Positions 1 to 9,800 of a stretch of 64,000 nt of DNA are shown here, in pieces (position 1 is the first letter of the stretch; each line of letters starts with the position of its first letter). The notes below the pieces were generated by a model. It was not told the origin of the DNA. It made no database searches and was given only the letters and a program-made list of their open reading frames with translations. Source of the DNA: an uncultured bacterium (lineage in GTDB: Bacteria; JAGOEH01); NCBI GenBank assembly GCA_964632485.1, contig CAZWDO010000021.1:1-64000 (forward strand). Direction: 5' to 3'. The translations under genes were made by a program, and so were the position numbers.

Positions 1-3000
1 GTATAGCTGTAATTCGTGGGAGAAAATGTGTACCCAGTTTTCGTGGGGGTTACCGTATAGTCGCCGCCTCCCGTCACGGTAAAGGAATAGACCCCGTTAC
101 TGACGGTGGTCACAGTACCTGCGGCATCGCCACTGAGTGTAACAGTAACGCCCTCAAGCGATTGCGCGTTTTCGCGCACAGTGCCGCTTATGGTATAGTT
201 ATTAAGAGTAGCGCTGAAATTCTGGGCGGTTTTGGCTTCACTCAGCGCGGTATAAGTGTAATTAGCAGGAGTGAAGCTATAGTTGGTTTTCGAAGGGGTC
301 ACCATATAATCGCCGCCGGCGGCCGCGGTAAAACTATAGGCGCCATCCGCCCCGGTGGTTACGGTTTCAGCCGTCAGGGCGCTTAAGCCGCCTCCGCTGG
401 CGCTCAAGGTCACCAATACGCCGGACAAGGGCGCGCCATCGAAGGTCACAGCGCCATTGATGGTGAAACTGCTTTGAGAAGCCGTGAAATTCTGGCCGGA
501 TTGCGTGGCGCTCAGATTGGTAAAGCTATGATTCGCCGGCGTGAAGGAGTATCCGGTTTTGGCGGGGGTTACTACGTAGTTGCCGCCTCCCGTTACGGTA
601 AAGGAATAGACGCCGTTGCTGACGGTGGTCACGGTACCTGCGGCATCGCCGCTGAGGGTAACAGTAACGCCTGCAAGCGGTAGCGCGTTTTCGCGCACGG
701 TGCCGCTAATGGTATAGTTATTAAGGGAAGCGCTGAAATTCTGGGCGGTTTTATTTTCACCCAGCGCCGTATAGCTGTAGTTGGCAGGTGTGAAGCTGTA
801 ATTGGCCTTAGCGGGTGTCACCGTATAATCGCCACCGGCGGCCGCGGAAAAACTATAGACGCCGTCCGCGCCGGTCGTGACGGTTTGATCGGTTTGATCG
901 GTTTGGCCCTCGAGAACTTTGCCGTCCCCGCCAACCGCGCTCAGGGTAAGCAGAACGCCCGCCAAAGGGGTCGCGCCGGAGGTTACCGCGCCGCTGATAG
1001 TATAAGTCTGAAGAGCGGCGGTAAAATTCTGACTGGTTTTGTTTTCCATCAGATTGGTATAGCTGTAGTTCGCAGGTGTGAAACTGTGGTAGATTTTGGA
1101 GGGCGTGACCGTGAAATCGCCGCCGGCAAACAGGCCGGTGAAGGAGTAGTTGCCGCTGGCATCAGTCGTCGTGGTAGCGCTGCTGCCGCCACTCAGAGTT
1201 ATCGTGACGCCGGCAAGGGGAGCGCCGGTGAGAGTGACCGCGCCGCTGATGCTATAGGTGGTGGCGGCGCCGGTAAAATCCTGATCGGTCTGATCGGCGC
1301 TGAGGTTGGTGTAGCTGTAGTTGGTGGGCGTGAAGGTGAAATTAGCCTTGGTGGGTGTCACCGTATAACTACCACCGGCATCGACCGTGAAGCTGTAGGC
1401 GCCGTTGCTGACGGTAGTGATGGTTTGGGAGGCGTCACCGGTGAGGGCCACCTGCGCGCCCGAGAGCGGACTGCCATTGAAGGTGACCGTGCCGCTGATC
1501 ATATAGGTGATGAAATCGGCCGCGAAATTCTGGGCAGTTTGATCGGTGGTAAGGTTGGTATAGCTGTAATTAGCGGGAGTGAAGCTATAGTTGGTTTTAG
1601 CGGGGGTTACCGTATAACTGCCGCCGCTGGCCACAGTGAAGGAGTAATTCCCGCTGGCGTCGGTGGTGGCGGTGGCGCTGCTGCTGCCGCTGAGGGTCAT
1701 GGTGACTCCGGCCAGGGGGGCGCCGGTGAGGGTTACCGTGCCGCTGATGATGACACCGCCTGCGGCCGCGGTGTAATCCTGGGCGGTCTGGTTGGTGACG
1801 CAGTTGCTGTAGTCGCGGGAACTGGGCGTGAAGGTGTAGCCGTTCTTGGAAGGCGTCACCGTGTAACTGCCCGAGGAGGCCAGGCCGCTGAAGGAGTAGT
1901 TGCCGCTGGCGTCGGTGGTGGTGGAGGAACTGCTTGAGCCGGTGAGGGACATAGTGACACCGGCGAGCGGATTGCCATTGAGCGTTACAGTGCCGCTAAT
2001 ATTGAAAGTCTGGTCGGTAGTTGTGAAGGTGACCTGATCGCCGTAGGCGGTGCCGACCGTGTTGGTGGCGTAGGCGCGCACGTAATAGGGAGTATTGGCG
2101 GTCAGTCCACTGAGCGAGCCCGTGAAAGCGCCGGTGGAGGCTTTGCCGCCCAAATCGACATTGGAGTTGGCGGTGGTGGGCGTGCCGGTAGTATTCCAGC
2201 AAAAGCCATGGGCCGTGGGATTGGCGGAACCGAGACTGGTGAGGTTGCCGTTACCGGTGGCCGAAGTCTGGCCGATACCGCTCACCGCCTGAGTGGTCAC
2301 CGTGGGCGCCGATGGCGGGGGCGTGCCCGGCGTGGCATACACGCGAATCACGGGATCTCGGTCGTTCTTGGCTGTCCAGCTACTGCCGTTTGAACTGATC
2401 CAAAAAACTCCGGATTCCAGGGTACATGTAGAATAACCCGCTGATTCTTTTTCAAAGGGGATCGGAAGATTATATCCCGGGGTGGTATATTTGACCTTCA
2501 CATAAAAATCGTTGCCGCTGGTCATATTGACGTCCGTGCCCAGATCCCAGGTATAATAACCGGCATAAGTACAGGACTGGGCGGCCAGATGGGCCAACTC
2601 ATTGGAAAGGGTAGTACCGTTGAAATCGTCGTAGATCCAAATTTCGACGGTGGATCCATCGGTATTGGCCCAGGTGGAGACCTTGGAAAGCAAATGGTTG
2701 CCGGAAGCGGTGAATTTCACCATCCCATAGCCGACCGTATTGCTGTAACCAGTATTCCAGCCGGTCCAGCCCGTCTCATCGTATTTGTACTGTACAGCAT
2801 TGGCGTTATAGGCCAGCCGCGAGGGAAATATCCCCACATCATTGTTGATGCTGCTGCTATTGTAGGCGAGGTAGAAATAGCCGCCATCGCCCCAGCCGCT
2901 GCTCCAACTGTTCTTGATGATCCAGGCGCCGGTGCCGCCGGCCGTGGCCTTGTTGTCGTCCCAGCCGACAATGGTGACCGCATGATTGGTGCCTTCGGCG

Positions 3001-3704
3001 CCGCTGTAGTAGTAGGTGTAGTTGCCGGCGTTGTAGTTAGCGGCGTTATAGTACATGTTGGTATAGACTGCGCCGTAGGTTTGCAGGGCGGACTTGATGC
3101 TCGCGGCATCGGTCGGCAGGTACCAGGCGTTATCGACGAAACCCTGCAGGGTCAGGCCCGAAGGGCAGTCCACCGTAGTGTGGCTCTCATCGTAGGGGTC
3201 TTCCGCCTCGCTGTAAGGGCCGGACCAGCGCGCCAGGTAATTGGCGGCGATTTCGTAATTGCCGCCGGCGCAGGGTTCCCATACAAATCCGGTATGGCAG
3301 GTATTGAGGTTATCCTCGGAGAGGTCGTACGTGCCGTAGCCGGCGATCTGCCAGCGCGATTCGAGCACGGCCATGGCGGCGAAGGTCCAGCAGCCGCCGC
3401 AGCTTCCCTGGTCCTTCACCGAAGTCACGCCGCCGGTGTTGCGCAGATCGTAGCTGGCGGGATCGGCCATCGGCTTCTGCAGTCCGCTTTGATTCAGATT
3501 GACATTTTTTTTGTACATGGGCGGTATATAGCCCAGGGCATGGCCATCGGCGGTCATGCTCGTCAAGGTTCCCTTTTGCTTCTGCTCCAGCCATTTTAAA
3601 TAATCGGGATTGATTTCCGCGTGGTCCCGAGGCTGGGGGGCTTGCGCCAGCAAAACACTCGCGGCGATCAGCAGGCAAAAAAACAAAAAAATAAACCGTT
3701 TCAT
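1..3704 (-). CDS. C1A (papain-family) peptidase with lectin-like domain and Ig/CarboxypepD-like repeats; 5' part only, runs off the left edge
   Basis: Identical to the 5' part of 6842-13141 shifted by 9,437 bp. ATG at 3704 preceded by AAGGAGG. No stop codon inside the window. Confidence 0.9.
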   Translation of the reverse strand, partial: MKRFIFLFFCLLIAASVLLAQAPQPRDHAEINPDYLKWLEQKQKGTLTSMTADGHALGYIPPMYKKNVNLNQSGLQKPMADPASYDLRNTGGVTSVKDQGSCGGCWTFAAMAVLESRWQIAGYGTYDLSEDNLNTCHTGFVWEPCAGGNYEIAANYLARWSGPYSEAEDPYDESHTTVDCPSGLTLQGFVDNAWYLPTDAASIKSALQTYGAVYTNMYYNAANYNAGNYTYYYSGAEGTNHAVTIVGWDDNKATAGGTGAWIIKNSWSSGWGDGGYFYLAYNSSSINNDVGIFPSRLAYNANAVQYKYDETGWTGWNTGYSNTVGYGMVKFTASGNHLLSKVSTWANTDGSTVEIWIYDDFNGTTLSNELAHLAAQSCTYAGYYTWDLGTDVNMTSGNDFYVKVKYTTPGYNLPIPFEKESAGYSTCTLESGVFWISSNGSSWTAKNDRDPVIRVYATPGTPPPSAPTVTTQAVSGIGQTSATGNGNLTSLGSANPTAHGFCWNTTGTPTTANSNVDLGGKASTGAFTGSLSGLTANTPYYVRAYATNTVGTAYGDQVTFTTTDQTFNISGTVTLNGNPLAGVTMSLTGSSSSSTTTDASGNYSFSGLASSGSYTVTPSKNGYTFTPSSRDYSNCVTNQTAQDYTAAAGGVIISGTVTLTGAPLAGVTMTLSGSSSATATTDASGNYSFTVASGGSYTVTPAKTNYSFTPANYSYTNLTTDQTAQNFAADFITYMISGTVTFNGSPLSGAQVALTGDASQTITTVSNGAYSFTVDAGGSYTVTPTKANFTFTPTNYSYTNLSADQTDQDFTGAATTYSISGAVTLTGAPLAGVTITLSGGSSATTTTDASGNYSFTGLFAGGDFTVTPSKIYHSFTPANYSYTNLMENKTSQNFTAALQTYTISGAVTSGATPLAGVLLTLSAVGGDGKVLEGQTDQTDQTVTTGADGVYSFSAAAGGDYTVTPAKANYSFTPANYSYTALGENKTAQNFSASLNNYTISGTVRENALPLAGVTVTLSGDAAGTVTTVSNGVYSFTVTGGGNYVVTPAKTGYSFTPANHSFTNLSATQSGQNFTASQSSFTINGAVTFDGAPLSGVLVTLSASGGGLSALTAETVTTGADGAYSFTAAAGGDYMVTPSKTNYSFTPANYTYTALSEAKTAQNFSATLNNYTISGTVRENAQSLEGVTVTLSGDAAGTVTTVSNGVYSFTVTGGGDYTVTPTKTGYTFSPTNYSY

Positions 3705-3786
3705 GATCTCCTCCTTAAAGGGTGGGGTTCGGGCATTTTCTTACTAAAAATTACTAATTCCATTAGCGCGCGTTCAGTAGAATCCT

Positions 3787-3920
3787 CGTCATACCGGAAG
3801 CAGGCAAGGCTATCCCAGAGTGATGCCGAAGAAGCGCTATCCGTGATTTCAGCTAAAGCGGGAATCTGCGGTCAGCGGCGAAAAATAGCCGGTATCCATC
3901 TTAAAACCTTCGGCATGGCA
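3787..3920. repeat. Decayed REP-like remnants in the peptidase leader (second copy 13224-13357)
   Basis: CGTCATACCGG...CCGGTATCCA, GTGATTTCAGCTAAAGCGGGAATCT and GTGATGCCGAAG/CTTCGGCATGGC resemble the CGTCAT...ATCCA palindromes at 31.5 kb. Confidence 0.4.
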
Positions 3921-3955
3921 AACAGTGGACCGAAAAGTAAATCGCGTCTAACTCT

Positions 3956-3983
3956 ATTATAATAACAAATGAATTTTTGTCAA
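3956..3983 (-). promoter_or_regulatory. sigma70-type promoter of peptidase A (copy 13393-13420)
   Basis: Minus strand TTGACA-16 bp-TATAAT, about 250 bp upstream of the ATG. Confidence 0.6.
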
Positions 3984-4170
3984 CATTTTTTTTCCCGGCA
4001 AAAAACCCAGACAATATATAATAAAAGCGCCGGATCGATCAGTTCGTTTACAGCAAATTTTTATAAATCATTTACAACCCATTGGGATACAGATGAATAT
4101 TGAAGTCTAATCCAATGATGTATTGATCAAATAGTATTTCAAAGCCTCAATTTTCAGAAAGATTTTCTAC

Positions 4171-4199
4171 TTGACAATCGAAAAAAAAAGATTTATAAT
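4171..4199 (+). promoter_or_regulatory. sigma70-type promoter of the hybrid histidine kinase (copy 13608-13636)
   Basis: Perfect TTGACA-17 bp-TATAAT. Confidence 0.75.
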
Positions 4200-4418
4200 A
4201 AATTAAATTCACAACGATTGAACAGATATCTATTAGAGATATGGGAAGAGTAATTGGATACCTACATCCACGGCTAAGCGGGCGCTTCAATGAAAAACAA
4301 ACTGGATATCAAATCAGGCGCTAAAATCTCCATTGAGAACGGTTTCGGACAACATGGATGAGTATGATTACCGATAAAACGCTTTTATGGAACGCCATGA
4401 ATTAAACAAGGACAAGAG

Positions 4419-6683
4419 ATGGGTTTTTTTGCAAATCTTCACCCCACAACGATTCTCGATTGGGCGATTTCCGTTTTCAAGGCTCCAAAATCCGCCGATA
4501 GCGCCACGCTTAAAGACTGGCGCTTCCAATTAGTAAATATGATGATTACACTCATCGTGCTAATTTTTGTTCCATTCACATTTATCTTCACCCTCCCGGA
4601 TTTTATTCACACTGAAAAATATATACTGGTGGGTTTAGATATTGCTTTGTATCTGCTCGCCCTCATCCATTTTTTAACGCGTGGGAAAACGATTCTTCGT
4701 CATCCCACGTTATGGTTGATTTATATTTATATCATGTCGATCATGTTTCACTATGACCTGGGGCCCCTGGGGGCGCGGCCCGTATGGCTAATCATGACGG
4801 CTTCGGTTGCCGTGCTTTTTTATGGATTGCGAGCCATTTGGCCGGTTCTGATACTCAATATCTCTATTCTCTATATTTTTTACTATTTCTTCGCCCCTTC
4901 TCTGGAATCCTGGACCTACGTCCTCTCATTGGGAACCAATTGGTTTAATATGTTTGCCGTCAATCTAATGGGTTTGACGTTGACGATTGTATTCCCGATT
5001 GGTTTTATGTTGAAACGGCTGGATCAGGCTCTGGAGCGGGAACGAAACGCCCAGATACAATTAAGTAATGACAAGAATCATCTTGACGAGATTAATAAAA
5101 AATTACAGACTGAAATCAATCAGCGCGAGATTGAACAACAGGCCCGACTGGAGAGTGAATTCCAATTCCAAAATCTTTTCAATTCCAGTCCCGGGGGAAT
5201 CGGTATGATCAATCTCAAAGGCCACATCATCAATGTGAATTCAAAAATGGTTCAACTTTTTGGCTATACCCGATATGAATTTGAGACGATGAATTATACC
5301 CAATTAATCTGTCCCGATTTTCTCTTTACTTTAGAGATGTATCGAAAACAACTTCTCAGGGGGATTCCAATAAACGGGAAATTAGATATTGAATGTATGC
5401 GTAAGGATCGATCGACATTTCCCAGCAACATCAACGGTTGGTTGATCACCGATACGGATAAAAAACCAAAAGGCATCGGTTTTTTCCTTAATGATGTTTC
5501 CATCGAGAAGGAACTCGCTAAAGACAAACAGGAACTGGAAAAACAGCTCTATCAGACACAGAAGATGGAAGCGATCGGGACTTTGGCAGGCGGTATCGCT
5601 CATGATTTTAATAATATCATTGGGGGTATCTACGGTTATGCCGAGTTGGCGAAAAAGATGATGGAGCTTAATCGAAATAAAGCCCTGGAATATATGGAAC
5701 AGATCATCATCGCCGCTGACCGGGCAAAGGAGTTGGTACGACAGATACTCCGTTTCAGTCGCCAGGATAACCAGGAATTTTTCCCGCTGCATTTAGCGGA
5801 TTCAGTCAAAGAAGTTGTGACATTGCTCAGATCAACCTTTCCTTCTTCAATTAAAATCGAAATAAAGATTGAAACCCAGTATGATCTCATCATCGCTGAC
5901 GCTACCCAAATCCATCAGGTCATCATGAATTTGTGCACAAATGCCTATCATGCAATGAAACCGGAGCGGGGGGTATTAACGATTAACTTGTATAATCAGA
6001 CGATTACAGAGAACACACTGATTTACGATGCATGGATTGATGCTGGCGAATATGTTTGCCTGAGTTTCTGCGATACCGGAAAAGGTATCCCTCCGGAAAT
6101 TCGGAATCGGATATTTGAGCCCTATTTCACCACCAAGAACAAAAACGAAGGTACAGGATTAGGACTATCCGTAACCCAAGGGATCATGAAATCGCATCGT
6201 GGCCATATCAACTTGATCAGTGAGTTGGGGAAAGGAACTACTTTTTACATCTATTTCCCTCTCAGCCGGCAGGAAACGGAAGAAAAAGCCAAACTGACCG
6301 CCAATAAATTTCATGGAAACGGTCAGCATATCTGCGTGATTGATGATGAAATTTTTTTACTTGATATTTTTCAACAATATTTAACAGAAGCTGGTTATAA
6401 AATATCAGTTTACAATAATCCACTCACAGCCTATGATTATTATTGCCATCATCCGGATGAGTTTGATCTGATTATTACCGACCTGAATATGACTGAGATG
6501 ACCGGATTGGAACTGGCTCAAGCGATGAAGAAGAATATGCCCGGGGCGCCTCCCATCATTTTATGCACCGGATTCAGTGATATTATCAATAGCAGCAATT
6601 ATCACGAATACGGGTTTTCGGCCATGCTCTGGAAACCGGTCAACCGACGGGATATATTGGAGACGATTCATCCCTTGCTTTAA
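4419..6683 (+). CDS. Membrane-bound hybrid sensor histidine kinase (TM region-PAS-HisKA-HATPase-REC)
   Basis: N-terminal hydrophobic helices; PAS-like segment; H-box GGIAHDFNNI; N-box QVIMNLCTNA; DTGKG; FEPYFTTK; GTGLGL; receiver VIDDE...ITDLNM...KP. Confidence 0.93.
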   Translation: MGFFANLHPTTILDWAISVFKAPKSADSATLKDWRFQLVNMMITLIVLIFVPFTFIFTLPDFIHTEKYILVGLDIALYLLALIHFLTRGKTILRHPTLWLIYIYIMSIMFHYDLGPLGARPVWLIMTASVAVLFYGLRAIWPVLILNISILYIFYYFFAPSLESWTYVLSLGTNWFNMFAVNLMGLTLTIVFPIGFMLKRLDQALERERNAQIQLSNDKNHLDEINKKLQTEINQREIEQQARLESEFQFQNLFNSSPGGIGMINLKGHIINVNSKMVQLFGYTRYEFETMNYTQLICPDFLFTLEMYRKQLLRGIPINGKLDIECMRKDRSTFPSNINGWLITDTDKKPKGIGFFLNDVSIEKELAKDKQELEKQLYQTQKMEAIGTLAGGIAHDFNNIIGGIYGYAELAKKMMELNRNKALEYMEQIIIAADRAKELVRQILRFSRQDNQEFFPLHLADSVKEVVTLLRSTFPSSIKIEIKIETQYDLIIADATQIHQVIMNLCTNAYHAMKPERGVLTINLYNQTITENTLIYDAWIDAGEYVCLSFCDTGKGIPPEIRNRIFEPYFTTKNKNEGTGLGLSVTQGIMKSHRGHINLISELGKGTTFYIYFPLSRQETEEKAKLTANKFHGNGQHICVIDDEIFLLDIFQQYLTEAGYKISVYNNPLTAYDYYCHHPDEFDLIITDLNMTEMTGLELAQAMKKNMPGAPPIILCTGFSDIINSSNYHEYGFSAMLWKPVNRRDILETIHPLL

Positions 6684-6734
6684 ACGCTTGATGGGCGCTA
6701 AGAGCTATTTCCCCCGGCTCATCCTGCCGGAATG

Positions 6735-6831
6735 CCCCCTCACCCTGCCCTCTCCCCCACAGGGGCGAGGGGAAAGTTGAAGACCCTCTCCCCCTAAAGG
6801 GGCGAGGGGAAAGACCCACAGGGTGAGGGGA
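6735..6831. repeat. CCCTCTCCCC/GGGGCGAGGG palindromic REP-like element between convergent genes
   Basis: Outer 12-bp inverted repeat CCCCTCACCCTG/CAGGGTGAGGGG encloses two CCCTCTCCCC-N-GGGGCGAGGG hairpins. Confidence 0.7.
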
Positions 6832-6841
6832 AAAAAGGCTT

Positions 6842-9800
6842 TTATTTTACCAAAGAAATCTTGCGGACAAAAATTTCGTTGCCGCAGAGGATGCGATAGA
6901 AATAGATACCGGTGGGCATGGCGCGACCGGTCGCATCATGGCCATTCCAGGTCAGGCGGTATTCGCCGGCGGCCCGGTATTGGTCGTCCAGCACCGACAA
7001 TATCTGTCCCAGGGAATTAAAAATCTCCACCCGCGCCTTGCCGGCTGTTTTTAGACGGTAAACCACCGACAAACGGCTATTGAACGGATTGGGGTAGCCG
7101 TAATGATAATCCATCATGCGGCTTTTCAGATGGGGGATCGTCCCGCCTTCAGCCACATCCACTGCTGTATAATGCTCCACTGATGACCAGTCGGCGCAAA
7201 TATCGTTCGTCGGCTGACAAGCACGGACCTGGAAATAAACGTCCTGGTCGAGCGCCACATCATTGAGCGCCATCCAATGATCGGTCGTCAACTCGTTCTG
7301 GGCCAGCGCTTGGTCGAGCGCGGCGGTTGAACGGCCCCAACGCAATTCCGAGGTCGCCGGCTGGTCGCTGGTCCAATGGACCAGCAGATTATCGTTCATC
7401 ACTTCATATCCGATGAAATTGCACTGTGGCGCCTGAGGCGTCGATGCTTCTATCTGAACATCCGCCTCATATTGAGTTTCGTTGCCCTCAGGATCAGTTA
7501 TCAACAATGAAACCCTATAGGTCGCGCCGTTTTCCAAACCAGTCGCCACAAAGGTCCGTTCGATTTCGTATTCCGCTGTGTCGCTGAACGCGCCGATCAA
7601 ATTGCCGCTTTGGCTCAATTCCAGTTTATAGGTACACGGTTCGTCGGTTTGCCAGCTCATCCCGAGTTGGCCGTTGTGATGCAAAAAGACTTGCCAGGCG
7701 GTAAAAGCCGGCAGTTGGGAATCATCATCATCGGTGGTGCTGAAACTGCTATCCGGCGAATCATCGGCGGCTTTGGCCAGGGCGTTCCGGGGCGGGAACC
7801 AGCCGGTGTTGCCGCTCATGTCCATCATGGACAACTCAAAATAATAGGTCGTGTTCGGTTGCAGATTCGATAATTGGAACCAGTGGGATTTGGCATAATC
7901 GTTCTGCGCCAGCGATTGCGTTACTGATTGCGGATTAATCCAATAAAAGAGGGTGGCGACTGATGGCTCATTGTAGCTAAAATAGAGATAAGCCTTGGTT
8001 TTGTATTTGAAAATCAGCAACCGGATCACATAGGGCGGCTGGGAATCTTCAGTCTCAGCCCGGATTAAAAATGAATCAATGGCCGATTCCAATTCTTCTT
8101 CATCCGTAAAGGCCAACACTTGATAATAGTACCATTGGTTGCTCTGCAAGCGAGTAAGGGCTGCGAAATGGCTTGTTTTTGGGCCTTCCGGCAGCGTCTG
8201 CGGCTCAAGGCTCAGCTTAGAAACACCCAGTCTGAATTCAGCCTCGGACGGCAGATTGGTCTGCCACTTGATCCAGGCTTTTTTCTTCACAATTTCATGA
8301 TACGGGGGAACTGTAAAAATCAGGGGAATCGTCACCGAAGGCTCTTCCACCGTGACTTGACGCGTGGCGCGGTTGCTTTCGTGCAGGCCGTCGGTTGTCG
8401 CATACCAGTAGGTAACGGTATAAATACCAGCGGTGTTGAAGGCCACATCCCCGGGGGTCATCACCGATGCGCTCCGGCCATCGCCGAAATCCCAATGATA
8501 CACGACCGGCGTGTTTACCGTTGGCTCGCTGCCCTGGAAATAAACGCTTTCACCTTCTTCGATGGTAACGTTCTGGGTCGGAAGTACAATTTGGGCCGCT
8601 AAATCCGGCATGAGGGTGCGGAAACTCCAGATATCGGACCAGGAACCCGCGCCATGGGGATTAACGCCTTTCACCCGCCAATAATAGATGGTGTAATAGT
8701 CCAGGCCGCTGATCTGAACGATCATGGTCGCCAGGTTGCTCTGCGACGCCACTAAATGGCTGAAGGCGTTGTCCGTGGCCACTTCAAGAGTGTAGGTTTC
8801 GCTGTTAAGTTCCGTCTGCCAGCTCAACCAGGGATCAAGCGGGCGCTCAACCGATTCATCAGCGGGAGAAGTCAAAACGGGGGCGCCGGGCAGTACGGCC
8901 GCAGCGGAAAAATTCTGCGACTGATTGGCGGCCAGGCTATTGAAGACGGCGTTGGAGGGTGTAAAACTGTAAAACTGTTTTTGCGGTTGCACGGTATAAT
9001 TGCCGCCAGCGGAAACCGTGAAGCTGTAGGCGCCATTGCTGACAGTGGTCAAGGTTTGAGAAGCGTCCCCGGAAAGGGTCACTAACACCCCGGAAAGCGG
9101 TGAGCCGCTGGCGCTGATGGCGCCACTGATGGTGAAACTGCTTTGCGAAGCCGTAAAATTCTGGCCGGATTGCGAAGCGCTCAAATCAGTATAGCTGTAA
9201 TTCGTGGGAGAAAATGTGTACCCAGTTTTCGTGGGGGTTACCGCATAGTCTCCGCCCGCGGAAACCGTGAAGCTGTAGGCGCCATTGCTGACAGTGGTCA
9301 AGGTTTGAGAAGCGTCCCCGGAAAGGGTCACTAACACCCCGGAAAGCGGTGAGCCGCTGGCGCTGATGGCGCCACTGATGGTGAAACTGCTTTGCGAAGC
9401 CGTAAAATTCTGGCCGGATTGCGAAGCGCTCAAATCAGTATAGCTGTAATTCGTGGGAGAAAATGTGTACCCAGTTTTCGTGGGGGTTACCGTATAGTCG
9501 CCGCCTCCCGTCACGGTAAAGGAATAGACCCCGTTACTGACGGTGGTCACAGTACCTGCGGCATCGCCACTGAGTGTAACAGTAACGCCCTCAAGCGATT
9601 GCGCGTTTTCGCGCACAGTGCCGCTTATGGTATAGTTATTAAGAGTAGCGCTGAAATTCTGGGCGGTTTTGGCTTCACTCAGCGCGGTATAAGTGTAATT
9701 AGCAGGAGTGAAGCTATAGTTGGTTTTCGAAGGGGTCACCATATAATCGCCGCCGGCGGCCGCGGTAAAACTATAGGCGCCATCCGCCCCGGTGGTTACG

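Noticed and set aside
885-3599. Long plus-strand ORFs (350 and 336 aa, their copies at 10322 and 12026, and 18193-19143)
   Set aside because: Antisense shadows of the GC-rich peptidase genes, with no motifs or ribosome-binding sites.
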